From contig OZ024755.1 in NCBI GenBank assembly GCA_964016885.1, forward strand, positions 18,910,001 through 18,974,000: a DNA stretch of 64,000 bases. Reading direction: 5' to 3'. The translations under genes and the position numbers were made by a program. A model generated the notes under the pieces. That model was not told where the DNA came from and did not search any database. It saw nothing but the letters and a program-made list of their open reading frames with translations. The DNA is from Eledone cirrhosa (lineage: Eukaryota). Below are positions 13,009 to 26,346 of this stretch, one piece after another (the first letter of the stretch is position 1; every line of letters begins with the position of its first letter).

Positions 13009-13187
13009 GTGGAAGGAAGCTGCAGTAGAGGAAGGACAAGGAAGATCTGGGTAGAGGTGTTTAGAGCTGATCTCAATTCACTGAAACTCACAGTGGAGAT
13101 GACGAAGGATCATGATATGTGGAGATATGCTGTGCTGAAAAGGGGCTATGCAAGCATGCAAAATGGACGTAAAGACGATGATGATAA
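13009..13187 (+). pseudogene. RTE ORF C-terminus fused directly to terminal tail
   Basis: VEGSCSRGRTRKIW.EV..ADL..LKLT.EMTKDHDMWRYAVLK then atgcaagcatgcaaaatggacgtaaagacgatgatgat. Confidence 0.8.
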
Positions 13188-13251
13188 TCAAGAACCATAT
13201 ATTAAATAACTGTCTTAGTAATAAAATAATAAATAATTTTAGTAAATCGTT

Positions 13252-13404
13252 CAGGGCCGGATTTAGATTTGATGAGGCCCTAAGCTATTTGAGATAATGG
13301 GGCCCTTTATATGTCCAGATGTCCTATGTCAGCGACAAATTGTCGCTGTTTTTTGTGTGGGGTCCTAAGCTATAGCTTGGTTAGCTTATACGTAAATCCC
13401 ACAG
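13252..13404. mobile_element. hAT-type MITE with 8-bp target-site duplication
   Basis: aaatcgtt at 13244-13251 and 13405-13412; left TIR cagggccggattta, right end partly decayed (taaatcc). Confidence 0.75.
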
Positions 13405-13603
13405 AAATCGTTCAAATTAATTCATTAAAATAGAGTGTCTTTCTCTATATATATGGCCTTGAAAAGGTTAAAAGAACTGTGAAAGTAAACAACTATGAAT
13501 TATATCTAAAAATAATTAATTGGTTTATATCTCTAATGATTAGACTTGAGGTTATTTGTTTACAAATAGAAATAATGCTTTCAGAAAATATTTTAGTACT
13601 ATC

Positions 13604-13730
13604 AATAATTGTTTCTACTTTTGGCACAAGGCCAGCAATTATCCCAGTGTATTACTGATACTTTATTTTATCGACCCCGTAAGGATGAAAGGCAAAGTTA
13701 ATCTTGGCGGGATTTGAACTCAGACCATAA
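13604..13730 (-). mobile_element. 5'-truncated SINE A
   Basis: Central block and tail. Confidence 0.85.
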
Positions 13731-13747
13731 AACCAGAAGAGAATCAG

Positions 13748-13898
13748 AATATTAAATTGAGAAGGAGGTCGAAATATTAGATTTAGAAGAGGGTCATAAT
13801 ATTAGATTGAGAAGAGGGTCATAATATTAAATTGAGAAGAGGGTCATAATATTAAATTGAGAAGAGGGTCGAAATATTAGATTTAGAAGAGCGTCGTA
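13748..13898. repeat. 25-bp minisatellite, about 6 copies
   Basis: ataatatta(g/a)attgagaagagggtc. Confidence 0.9.
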
Positions 13899-14936
13899 AT
13901 GAAAGAGTACAGAAAAAGGCTATTCCCAGTTCCCTTTCTACTGGACACAAAGAAATGAAAATAAAACATTATTCTAAACAAAATATTAAAATTGAGAAGA
14001 GTGTAGTAATGAAAGAGATACAGCAGCAAAAACTTCCAAATCAACATAGTGCTAACTCTGCCAGCTTCACATCACTCGAGGTTTAAATTAACTTCCATAA
14101 TGCAATACCGATCAGGAGTAATTAATTTTCCAGCAGATGTATACGTTAGCTTTTGAAGATACATATTTATCAGAAATCAGATGAAAGTAATGAGATTTAT
14201 TATATACTGTGAGTAAATGTTCAAATTTAATTAGGAGAATAAAATAGAGATTTAAAACAACATTTTTTTTGGTAAACAAGCACAAAACAATATTGGGTTA
14301 CTGTATTTAGCTCATAAATTGATTGAAAGTTATGCTTTTCCTAAATTTGAATCCTATTAAATGGAATTTAGATAATTATTTTTATGATATAAAATGAAAA
14401 AATAGGGGAATACAAAGGCTTCACATATGATAAACGTTCAGTTTTGTTGAGTCATCGTATTAAAACTAATACTAAAATGATATAGTGATAGTAGCCAATA
14501 TATAATATAAAGAAATAATTAAGAGCTCACAATAACAGAATTAGATATTAAATATCTGCTTTAACTTTGGTAGGATTATATTTTACCTATAAAAAATCTT
14601 TTCTAAATTTTGTTAATTTTAAGATATTTTCTTAACACATCGATTTTAATTCCCTGTATGTAAAGATATATTCCATCAAGCTAATTTCACCATTTAGACA
14701 TTAAAACTGGGGAAGTATTTATAATTTATTCAATATATAAAATCTCACAATCATCATGAAATGCCATTGCCATTATTATCATCATCATCATCGTTTAACG
14801 TCCATCTTCTATGCTAGCATGGGTAGGACATATAAATACACTACTAAAGGGAAGAGACAAGGAAAAAGAAAAAAAGAGAAACGGATCAAGCAGCAAAAGA
14901 AAGGGGCAGTCATTACACCCCAGTCTGAGCAGTGCT

Positions 14937-15127
14937 TCAGCTGTGCCCTGAAGACAAAATGGCAAAAGTGTTACTGCGGAGAATGGCCAGAGACATCTGC
15001 TGCAACAGCCATCCCATCACATGGGACTCCCTCAAGCAGACCACAGTAAGCAGACCACAGTCGTTCTGACTTTATGGAGGAAGTCAGCAGTATAGGGACC
15101 AAAGACACCAGAGGTTTTGAAGGGGAC
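14937..15127 (-). pseudogene. CRE-clade-like non-LTR retrotransposon C-terminal (restriction-like endonuclease) fragment
   Basis: VPFKTSGVFGPYTADFLHKV ...frameshift... WLLQQMSLAILRSNTFAILSSGHS*, matching the P..ET.G..G...FL....L.QR.S.A..RGNA..I pattern. Confidence 0.7.
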
Positions 15128-15269
15128 TGATCTAAAGAAGAGAATATTTACATAAATTATTTATATTTTAAAATGTATCAATGAATTTAACTGCTCTTGT
15201 GTTGGTGCTATGATAAAATGCAGGTCAGGATACCAGTAGTTTTATGAACCAACAAAGAAGCTTCTATGC

Positions 15270-15600
15270 AGTCATTCAACTTGCTAGAAATAGCAGCCAA
15301 ATCTACCTCAAATTCACTCTACTATCTTAGAAAAAGACACACTAGAAAATGTGGTCATGAGTTTCTTGTGGGATAGGCACAACTGGAATGCTTTTCAACA
15401 TATGTCTGTTTAACTAGGAGCAGAACTGGGACTAAATAGTAACCTCTTTGTCCTCAATGTCATCACTTGATCTGTGAAATTGACCAGTTTAGTCTCCTTC
15501 AAATCACATCCAACTGTTTTAAAAAATGGAATGGTGATGGCTTAACTACATTTGATCGCAGTTCTATTAGATCAGGGTCAGTTGAACACTAAACAACAAC
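15270..15600 (+). mobile_element. Old interspersed repeat (ctagaaatagcagccaaat family)
   Basis: Related copies at about 6680-6780 (-), 52660-52700 (-), 60030-60200 (+). Confidence 0.6.
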
Positions 15601-16861
15601 AAGGCTATAAAAGGTAACATACCAAGATGATTTAGAATCCAACACCAGTCAGTCATATGTGTAAATAAACACCTATGACCTGTATGTTACATGTACATCA
15701 GCATTTACTAGCATTATGTGGAAGCTGGCTGTTACAGATACATTTTTTTCCAAACCCCTTCTTCTCCCTATTTCTACTAGTTTTAGTGTGAACTCACTAA
15801 ACACTAATCTATCTTAAGAAGAACATTCCTTTCTAGAGATAAGCATTGTATTTATAACCATCTGGTTCACAGAACAAAATCAATCTGCTTCTGTAATTCA
15901 ACTAATTGGTAGATAACCTATTGGTAAGCTGGTTTTCTGAAGCTTAGGTTACAAATGGTAAATTGGTTTCTATTACAGAACATTAAAAAGCCTTATCCCC
16001 ATTCTGTACTTTTCATAGAACCTATCACTATAGCAGTGTATGTTCACCTTGACCATTAAAATATCAGGCTATGATTAAGATGTTTATTTATTTGACTGAT
16101 TTTAACATTCGTGTAGAGATGGTAAGCCATGATAGACTGGGAAATGTATCTAATACCCCTTAAAATTTGGAAATGAGAGAGAGAGAGGGGGAAGGGAGGA
16201 GAGAGATGAGAAGGGGAAGGAGAGAGTAAGAGGAGAGAAAGAGCAGGAGAGAAGGGGGAGAGAGAGAAGAGAGAAAGAGCAAAAGAGAGAGGAGGAGAGA
16301 GTGAGGGATCGAAAGAAGTAGAAATAAAGAAAAAAAGTGAAAAACAAGGAGAGCTATAAAGCAGTTAAAACGTGTATTATTGAAGCTTTTCTTAGCGTCA
16401 ATGTATTGGAAGATCTTGTTTAGAGTTGGTAAATCCTTGACATTACACCACTCCCATCCCATCGACGTTTGAACTACTTTCTTACCTAGGTTAGGACATT
16501 ATAGATCTTTTATTCCTACTTGTGAAAATCTATATTGAGTCATGATAAAATGCACTCGGTAGAATGTAGGACTGTAAGTAAGCGAGATGCAGACCCCCCC
16601 CCCCCACTAGCCTGTCTGGGAGGTCAGTATCCCCTACTTCAGTATTGACTTGGTCTGTGAAGACCTGTCCAACCCTTGTTAGCAGATGTTAATTGATGAT
16701 GATGATGATGATGATGTTGATGAGACAGTATATTTACAATAAACAACCTTATTAATTCTATCATACACCTTAATCCTTTTAATTAAGGTGTATGATAACC
16801 AGGTCCTATGATACTAAACCCCCCATTTTAAAGAATTCCTATCTAAAATAAAACTTCCAAC

Positions 16862-17670
16862 ATCGTGGCATAAAGTTACAGCCCTTTACATTCTGAGTTC
16901 AAATCCCGCCGAGGTTAGCTTTGCCTTTCATCCTTACAGGGTCAATAAATAAAGCACCAGTAATGTACTGGGGTCAATTTAATCGACTTTCCCCACCCCT
17001 TCAAATATCTGGTTTTGTGTCTAAAGTAGAAACAATTATTTAATACAAAAACTTTTTGTTAAGTTATATTGTAAACACCATCTTAATAATGGTTTCTACT
17101 TTAGGCACAAGGCCAGCAATTACCCAGTGCATTACTGGTACTTTATTTTATCGACCCCGTAAGGATGAAAGGCAAAGTTAACCTCGGCGGGATTTGAACT
17201 CAGATCATAAAGGGACGTAACTATGCTAGAAAGCATGGCGTCCGACCCTCTACCGATACTGCCAATCCACCGCCTAAACACCATCTTAATAATGGTTTCT
17301 GATTTAGGCACAATTTTTTTTTTGGGGGGGGGGGGAGTTGATTAAATCGACACCAGTGTATTACTGGTCTTAATAATCACTGAATTAAATCCTTCTAAAT
17401 TCTTCATTGATTAATTGAAATTCAATGTATGTCTTTGGAATTCTTGTTACTAAAGGGTTAATCACTTGATAACATCTTAGCTAATAATAATTGTTTCTAC
17501 TTTTTGGCACAAGGCCAGCAATTACCCAGTGCATTACTGGTACTTTATTTTATCAACCCCGTAAAGATGAAAGGCAAAGTTAACCTCGGCGGGATTTGAA
17601 CTCAGAATGGCAAGGGCCGTAACTCTATGCGTCAAAGCATGGCGTACGACCCTCCACCGATACTGCCAAT
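16862..17670. mobile_element. SINE A cluster (16862-17041 +; 17084-17274 -; older 3' fragment 17287-17370 -; 17482-17670 -)
   Basis: Family motifs; 26-bp direct repeat at 17072-17097 and 17275-17300. Confidence 0.85.
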
Positions 17671-17683
17671 AATGATAATTATA

Positions 17684-17731
<48 letters not shown>

Positions 17732-17787
17732 TCATCATCATTTTAAGTCTGCTTTCCCCTGCTTGCAAGGGTTGGATATATCTATAT

Positions 17788-17864
<77 letters not shown>

Positions 17865-18450
17865 GTTCCACTACAAAATTTTTAACACTATATATATATA
17901 TATAAATAGATACACATACTCCTGAAGAAATTGAATAGCAACAAAATATTATCAAATATTATAATTTACAAATGAGATTTACAAATCCTAGACAGAGTTA
18001 GAAGAAGAGAATAGGAGATAATAAAGAAAAATTATTATCAAATAAGAAAATGATTGTGATAGAAAGAGAAAAAAGGTGAAAAGAGAGAAGTATTGAGGAA
18101 TAAAAGTTGGAGTAAATTGAAAAGAAATAAATAATTCACCCATGAAAGAATCTTTATACCAGTAAATTCTAAATCTAATTCAATCAAATGACATGTGCAA
18201 GAGGATATACAATTGTTTAAAGAAAGTAATATAGATAAATTTCCAGTAATATAAACATCACATTTCTTACTCTTTTATCAATCTATCTATTGTTCTAGCT
18301 ACCTATCAATAAACATGTCTATCTATCTATCTGTCTATTATTAATGTTAAAGTTTACACAATTTATATGTAAAATCCCCGCCATCATGTCTGTAATGTCC
18401 AATTTCTTGTGCGCCCATGTGGAAAATAAATAAACATATCTATCTGTCTA

Positions 18451-18484
<34 letters not shown>

Positions 18485-18640
18485 ATGAAGAAAGTGTGGT
18501 AAGGAACCAGGTGGACCATAACACACCAGAGTACTCAATACTTGGGGTAGTAGAGTGGGTAATAGGAAAAGAGTCAGGACCCAGACAATTGAGCTCTGGT
18601 TCAGATCTAGCTCAGTCGTCGGGGTCCTAACTCTTTTCCT
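18485..18640 (-). mobile_element. Probable Penelope-like relic: hairpin plus tail, same family as 62616-62850
   Basis: Arms aggaaaagagtcaggaccc / ggggtcctaactcttttcct; tail is the reverse complement of 62770-62850. Confidence 0.65.
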
Positions 18641-18652
18641 GTGTGTGTGTGT

Positions 18653-18754
<102 letters not shown>

Positions 18755-19271
18755 TTGTCTGTGTGTCAATATATCTGTCTATCTATATATCCACTGAACC
18801 ATGTATATGACTGTGCAGATTCTTTATAATAACTAATAGAAAATATAAATAACTATTAGATGACAATGAGTCGATATCTCAAATTGTATTCCTATGCTCA
18901 TTTCACCCATATTAGATGTCATGGCTAAAAGAAATACAATACTAAACATTACTGAACAATGAGGAAGTCTGCCAATGAAAAACACCAAAATGAATGAGCT
19001 GTCCATCCAATGTTTACTAGTAATATTAATAATGGTTTTATATATATATAGTGATAGCTAAATTCCACACCACTGTTATATATATCATCACTATTATACA
19101 AGTGAGTCAATGAACAAAATAATGAGGTCGGTAATAATTTGTATTATCTTGGCAAATAAATAAAACAGAACAATGAATACCTAATTTAGTCATTGGGTAG
19201 TCTATCTCATTGAATGTTGCCATAATTACAAAAATGAATCCAAATTACATTGAATTTCATGTCTCAAATAT

Positions 19272-19650
19272 TAATAATTGTTTCTATTTTTGGCACAAGG
19301 CCACCAATTACCCAGTGCATTACTGGTACTTTATTTTATCGACTCCGTAAGGATGAAAGGCAAAGTTAACCTCGGCGGGATTTGAACTCAGAATGGCAAG
19401 GGCCGTAACTCTATTCGTCAAAGCATGGTGTCCGACCCTCTACCGATACTGCCAATCCACCACCCATAAATAATTGTTTCTAATTTTGGCACAAGGCCAG
19501 CAATTATCCAGTGCATTACTGGTACTTTATTTTATCGACCCCGTAAGGATAAAAGGCAAAGTTAACCTCGACGGGATTTGAACTCAGACCGTAAAGAGAC
19601 ATAACTATGCTAGAAAGCATGGCGTCCAACCCTCTACTGATACTACCAAT
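19272..19650 (-). mobile_element. Head-to-tail SINE A dimer
   Basis: Copies at 19272-19466 and 19468-19650. Confidence 0.9.
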
Positions 19651-20231
19651 ATACAATTTCATTATATATATATTATATTATATATAGTGGAACAATGGAC
19701 ACAATAGTTTGTGGTACTTGGAGTTTCTTATGCATTCTAAGTTCAAATCCCACGCAAGCTGACTTTTGTTTTCCTTCTGAGATCAATAAAATACAAACCA
19801 GAGGAAACAAGGGAGTCAATATAATCGATTAAAAACCTTTTAAGACAATGACCTAACATGGCAGCAGTCCAATGGCTGAAACCAATAACAACAACAGAAT
19901 TAAAGAATGACTATTGTTATAGTAGAAGTAACAGGGATATAGGGGTATACAATCTCAGTATGGTATTGGAAAATCCAAACCTATAATTTGATTTTGGTGT
20001 CTAGTTAAAGTTGCTTATTCACTGAAGTCCTTAGAAAATAAATTAATGTTTCAACTTCACTCCTTCCCCACCCAGGCTCCACCTTTTTCTGTTTTGGAAT
20101 CCTGCCTATTTGGTAAATCATTCTTTCCAAAATACAGTGGTCATTTAGTTAAGGCATTGAACTCCTGCAGAATTAGTTTGCATTGTGTCTACTTTCCATT
20201 GATACTGATTTGCCTGTATTGTGAAAGAAGA

Positions 20232-20372
20232 AGGTGGAGGAGAGGGAAGGAGGATTAGATGGAAGGGGGATAAGGTGGAGGAGAGGGAAGGAGGATTAGA
20301 TGGAAGGGGGATTAGGTGGAGGAGAGGGAAGGAGGATAAGATGGAGGAGAGGGAAGGAGGATAAGGTGGAAG
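20232..20372. repeat. Purine-rich tandem repeat, about 41-bp unit
   Basis: aggtggaggagagggaaggaggattagatggaagggg repeated. Confidence 0.85.
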
Positions 20373-21109
20373 AGGACAAGAGGGAGCAGAAGAAGTGGGT
20401 TGGGGTATGACAAGAAAGATAAGGACAAGCAAACAGAGTAGAAGACAAGAAAAAAACCCAAAACACCAAAAGACCCAGAACAGAACAGACAGGGAGAAGC
20501 TAGAAGATAGAAGAAAATATCACAAAAAAGAAGTTAATGGTAAAAAAATAATAAATAAATAAAACAATGACATTGCTGGAGTGTTGGTTTGTGACCCATG
20601 TTTAATATATTAAATATATTTAATACATTATGTATTTAATATAGTAATACATTTACATTTAGTTTTTAAAAAAACCCACATCTAATAAAAAATATGAATG
20701 CATATGTTATTTTCAAATTTTAATTTCTTTTCCTTCCTTTCTTTCAGATAATACTAAACACCTATCACCCTCTCGCTTACTCTCTGTTATACACACATAC
20801 AAGCATATATACATATATCCATACAGATTAAATGAGTCAATTTTAAAGTAGATTCAACAAATTGTGAGTCAAAAGAGGGGGCTACTATTTCTGGTTTAAT
20901 TCCATTTTATCAGGAATTGATCAGATTTTTATCTATAACTAAGAAGTTTGGGTTGAAATTAAGAGCACCCTCAAGTTTATATAAGCAGTTGATGGGCCTG
21001 TGACAGCTGGAAAACTCTTATCAAAGCAACAGAAGAATTTTGAAGTTTCAGAAAAAGAAATTCTCAAACCAAAAGTAGTTTTACAATGAAGGAAAAGTTA
21101 TTTATTTAA

Positions 21110-21322
21110 CCCTTTCGTGACAATATATCAAATAGAGTACACTCTATTTCAATTATCTAAAAGGATTTTTGAGATGATTTCATTACTAAGATGGTAATTT
21201 AAAATATGGTTTTTATATAGAATTACGTTGGAAAGTTTTAATTTATATAAGAACCCTTTAAAAATGGGTGTTGTTGTTTCATAGAACCTAACCTAGTGTT
21301 GACTGGGTTGGTATGAAAAGAG
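21110..21322 (+). mobile_element. MITE family 2 with TTAA flanks
   Basis: ttaa|ccctttcg ... gaaaagag|ttaa; relatives at 44140-44384, 53027-53817, 54609-55408 and from about 60980. Confidence 0.7.
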
Positions 21323-21773
21323 TTAAAAAGAAAAATCACAAGAAAGAATAAAATATTAACATAAATTGTATAAAAATATTCAAATCTCTTACATATCAGA
21401 ATTGAAAATATGCTTATATATACATAACTAAAATACATGCCCTCTTCAGGTTTTATGGAAGACCATCAGTGGCACCATTTAATAAGTCTTCCCTCTTCAT
21501 GCCACTGATGTTGTCCAAAGGAATGAAAGTCAAAAGACAATACAACTTGGCAATAGTAGTATCAATCACCACAGATGAATTCACAACATAAAGAGTTGGA
21601 TCAAACACTGCAAGGTGTCGGTGGTTTGTCCAACACTCTAACAATTCTGCCAACCCACCACTTTTTCAACAGACCATGCTTAAACTATTCTAGATACATT
21701 TCAATTTCAAAAATTTCCAAACTTTTAATTTACACACACACACACATAAGTATATAAGTAGATAGAGAAATAT

Positions 21774-21836
<63 letters not shown>

Positions 21837-22290
21837 GGAATAGAATGAAACGAAATTTCATTTCTCACTCTTATATATATATATATATACACACACATAC
21901 ACACATAAGTATATAAGTAGATAGAGAAATATATATATATATATATACACACACACATAGGCAGACAGATAAATCCTATTTAATCTTTTAAAAAATATTC
22001 TGTAACCAAGAAAATACAGACCACAACTGTTTGATTTCAATAAAACAAATCATTGAAAAAAAATGTTATATTAAAATATATTGAAATGATTTTTATGTGT
22101 CTGGAAACTTACTCAACTTCTGAAAACAATAAGATATAACATTTGAGGTAAGAAAGAAAGGATAAAACGAATTTGATACAGTAATAAAACATATGGTAGC
22201 ATGTTCATTCTCCAATTGCATAAATTCTAGATATAGTTGTTTATTTGAATATTAAGTGAACAATAGAAATGAAATAACTGAGTAGATTAA

Positions 22291-22510
22291 CCCTTTAGTG
22301 TTCAAACCAGCCAAAAGCGGCCAAAATTCTCTACCTCTTTCTGTTGAAACTGGTTGTAACTGGTCACTCAAACTGGTGTTAAGGTATTGTTCTCAAAATA
22401 AATACTTTCAAAATCTCATAGATTCGATATTATGTGAGTTAATTATGTGAGATAAAGCATTTACCATGAAAATATAATAGTATATATAGAGTAATGTGAA
22501 TGCTAAAGGG
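22291..22510 (+). mobile_element. MITE family 1
   Basis: TTAA flanks and TIRs. Confidence 0.85.
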
Positions 22511-22534
22511 TTAAGGTACTGTATTATTAACTTC

Positions 22535-22835
22535 AGGCAGCAAATTGGCAGTCATTAGAACGTTGGATAGAATGCTTTGTGGTGTTCGTTTCAGCTCTCT
22601 GCTCTCGGAGTTCAAATCCTGCCGAGGTCGATAAAAAAGTACCAGTCAAGTACTGGGGTCGATTCTTCCTCTATATCTCTTTCTCATTTCCTCTCTCTTA
22701 ATTTCTATCTTTCTCTGGAAGAAATCTGCTATAGTCAGGCCTGAAGAGGGATGGGCTCCAACAAGCTTAAAATGCCCAAGAAATGCTGTATGCCACTACG
22801 GCACCCCTATGACTTTATTTGGAGTTATGGGTCTA
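22535..22835 (+). mobile_element. Old SINE A-related element with a distinct 3' module
   Basis: Head and central block followed by a module shared with 34245-34478 containing CTGAAGA...GAAAtgctGTA. Confidence 0.6.
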
Positions 22836-23467
22836 TACATACATTATTAACTTATGTACTATTTGTGTAACTATTTGGAAACCACACCTCATTCTACAAT
22901 ACAAAACTGTTTATATAAAAAGTTGTGTGCTCATGTGCCAATGGCAATTTTTCCCCCCCTCTCTAAGGGTCCTCACCCTAGTTTATAATCTATTTTATAG
23001 CATCTTCACGCATAGCACAACACTCTTTATATTAACTTTATCCCCTCACCACTTCGTAAAAATTAGGGAGATTGGGTATGTATATACAGTGTTTGTTTTA
23101 AAGTTTTTAAAGTGTTTATGTTTCTCTACAAATCTTCTTTCGTAATTTTATTTAAGAACCTTTAAGTTATGTTCCAAATACCGCCTAAATAAAGTCATGT
23201 TACTACCTCACACTGACCAATTCCCTGTGAGTGAAATGGATAGAAACTCTACAAAGCCTGTTGTGTTTGTGTGTGTGTTTATCTGTCTCTTCACTTCGCA
23301 TTTATAGCTAATCTAGGAGGTGATGTTTGTTTATGTCCTGCATAAATGGTTGGCATCAGAGAGGGCATCTGGTTGTAGAATTCTGCCTAAAATAAAAAAT
23401 GTCATCTAATCTATGCTAGAATGGAATGGAAAGGGAAAAAAAACAACACAAAAAAGGGTGAGCCAAT

Positions 23468-25025
23468 CATCTGATCAGAGAAGGTGACAATGTTTTCATT
23501 AGTTTTTTCATTGCTGATACTATCTACTGGTCACAGCTCCTGGGAGAAGGAAGGAGCTGATCATCAGATCAGACCAAGGTAACAACGTTTCCATTGGTCT
23601 TTTTATTGTTGATACTATCTACTGGTCACAGCTCCTGGGAGAAGGAAGGAGCTGATCATCAGATCAGACCAAGGTAACAACGTTTCCATTGGTCTTTTTA
23701 TTGTTGATACTATCTACTGGTCACAGCTCCTGGGAGAAGGAAGGAGCTGATCATCAGATCAGACCAAGGTAACAACGTTTCCATTGGTCTTTTTATTGTT
23801 GATACTATCTACTGGTCACAGCTACTGGGAGAAGGAAGGAGCTGATCATCAGATCAGACCAAGGTAACAACGTTTCCATTGGTCTTTTTATTGTTGATAC
23901 TATCTACTGGTCACAGCTACTGGGAGAAGGAAGGAGCTGATCATCAGATCAGACCAAGGTAACAACGTTTCCATTGGTCTTTTTATTGTTGATACTATCT
24001 ACTGGTCACAGCTACTGGGAGAAGGAAGGAGCTGATCATCAGATCAGACCAAGGTAACAACGTTTCCATTGGTCTTTTTATTGTTGATACTATCTACTGG
24101 TCACAGCTCCTGGGAGAAGGAAGGAGCTGATCATCAGATCAGACCAAGGTAACAACGTTTCCATTGGTCTTTTCATTGTTGATACTATCTACTGGTCACA
24201 GCTACTGGGAGAAGGAAGGAGCTGATCATCAGATCAGACCAAGGTAACAACGTTTCCATTGGTCTTTTCATTGCTGATACTATCTACTGGTCACAGCTCC
24301 TGGGAGAAGGAAGGAGCTGATCATCAGATCAGACCAAGGTAACAACGTTTCCATTGGTCTTTTTATTGTTGATACTATCTACTGGTCACAGCTACTGGGA
24401 GAAGAAAGGAGCTGATCATCAGATGAGACCAAGGTAACAACGTTTCCATTGGTCTTTTTATTGTTGATACTATCTACTGGTCACAGCTCCTGGGAGAAGG
24501 AAGGAGCTGATCATCAGATCAGACCAAGGTAACAACGTTTCCATTGGTCTTTTTATTGTTGATACTATCTACTGGTCACAGCTACTGGGAGAAGGAAGGA
24601 GCTGATCATCAGATCAGACCAAGGTAACAACGTTTCCATTGGTCTTTTTATTGTTGATACTATCTACTGGTCACAGCTACTGGGAGAAGGAAGGAGCTGA
24701 TCATCAGATCAGACCAAGGTAACAACGTTTCCATTGGTCTTTTTATTGTTGATACTATCTACTGGTCACAGCTACTGGGAGAAGGAAGGAGCTGATCATC
24801 AGATCAGACCAAGGTAACAACGTTTCCATTGGTCTTTTTATTGTTGATACTATCTACTGGTCACAGCTACTGGGAGAAGGAAGGAGCTGATCATCAGATC
24901 AGACCAAGGTAACAACGTTTCCATTGGTCTTTTTATTGTTGATACTATCTACTGGTCACAGCTACTGGGAGAAGGAAGATGATCATCAGATGAGACCAAG
25001 GAAACTGTTTCCATTGGTCTTTTCA
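23468..25025. repeat. 95-bp minisatellite, about 16 highly identical copies
   Basis: gatactatct recurs every 95 bp from 23516 to 24941. Confidence 0.97.
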
Positions 25026-25293
25026 CTATTCTTTCCATTGGTCTTTTCTATCAGCTGGTAGGGTTTGAACACAGAATGGACAGAGAGTGATCAGATACTA
25101 CAAAGGTACCCTGTCTGAGTCTTTAACAATTCTGCTAATCTTAGTTTCTAAAAAGATACTTAGTCGATACTGAAAAGGATAAAAGGTAAAGGTGACTTCA
25201 GTGGGACTTGAACCTAGAGTGCAGAGAGCCAGAACAAATACTGATACTCTAATGACTGTCAATTCACTGCCAAAACAGTCTGGAAATATGGAC

Positions 25294-25850
25294 ATGATGA
25301 TGATGATGACGACGATAATGATGATGATGATGATGATGACAACGATAATGATGATGATGATGATGATGACAACGATAATGATGATGATGATGATGATGAC
25401 GACGATTAATGATGATGATGATGATGATGACAACGATAATGATGATGATGATGATGATGACAACGATAATGATGATGATGATGATGATGACGACGATTAA
25501 TGATGATGATGATGATGACGACGATAATGATGATGATGATGATGATGACGACGATAATGATGATGATGATGATGATGACGACGATAATGATGATGATGAT
25601 GATGATGACAACGATAATGATGATGATGATGATGATGACGACGATAATGATGATGATGATGATGACGACGACGATAATGATGATGATGACGACGACGATA
25701 ATGATGATGATGATGATGATGACGACGATAATGATGATGATGATGATGATGACGACGATAATGATGATGATGATGATGATGACAACGATAATGATGATGA
25801 TGATGATGATGACGACGATAATGATGATGATGATGATGATGACGACGATA

Positions 25851-25888
<38 letters not shown>

Positions 25889-26346
25889 GATGATGATGAC
25901 GACGATAATGATGATGATGATGATGATGACAACGATAATGATGATGATGATGATGATGACAACGATAATGATGATGATGATGATGATGACGACGATAATG
26001 ATGATGATGATGATGACGACGATAATGATGATGATGATGATGATGACGACGATAATGATGATGATGATGATGATGACAACGATAATGATGATGATGATGA
26101 TGATGACGACGATAATGATGATGATGATGATGATGACAACGATAATGATGATGATGATGATGATGACAACGATAATGATGATGATGATGATGATGACGAC
26201 GATTAATGATGATGATGATGATGATGACGACGATAATGATGATGATGATGATGATGATGATGACAACGATAATGATGATGATGATGATGATGACAACGAT
26301 AATGATGATGATGATGATGATGACAACGATAATGATGATGATGATT
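25294..26346. repeat. Compound (GAT)n microsatellite with about 30-bp higher-order unit
   Basis: gataat(gat)6gac(g/a)ac repeated. Confidence 0.97.

Noticed and set aside
16345-16490. Possible exon (minus-strand peptide MGWEWCNVKDLPTLNKIFQY, or a 33-nt plus-strand microexon)
   Set aside because: No recognisable domain and no consistent acceptor/donor pair; needs RNA-seq
23468-25025. CRISPR-like array
   Set aside because: Units are identical along their whole length with no unique spacers; eukaryotic context and no cas genes
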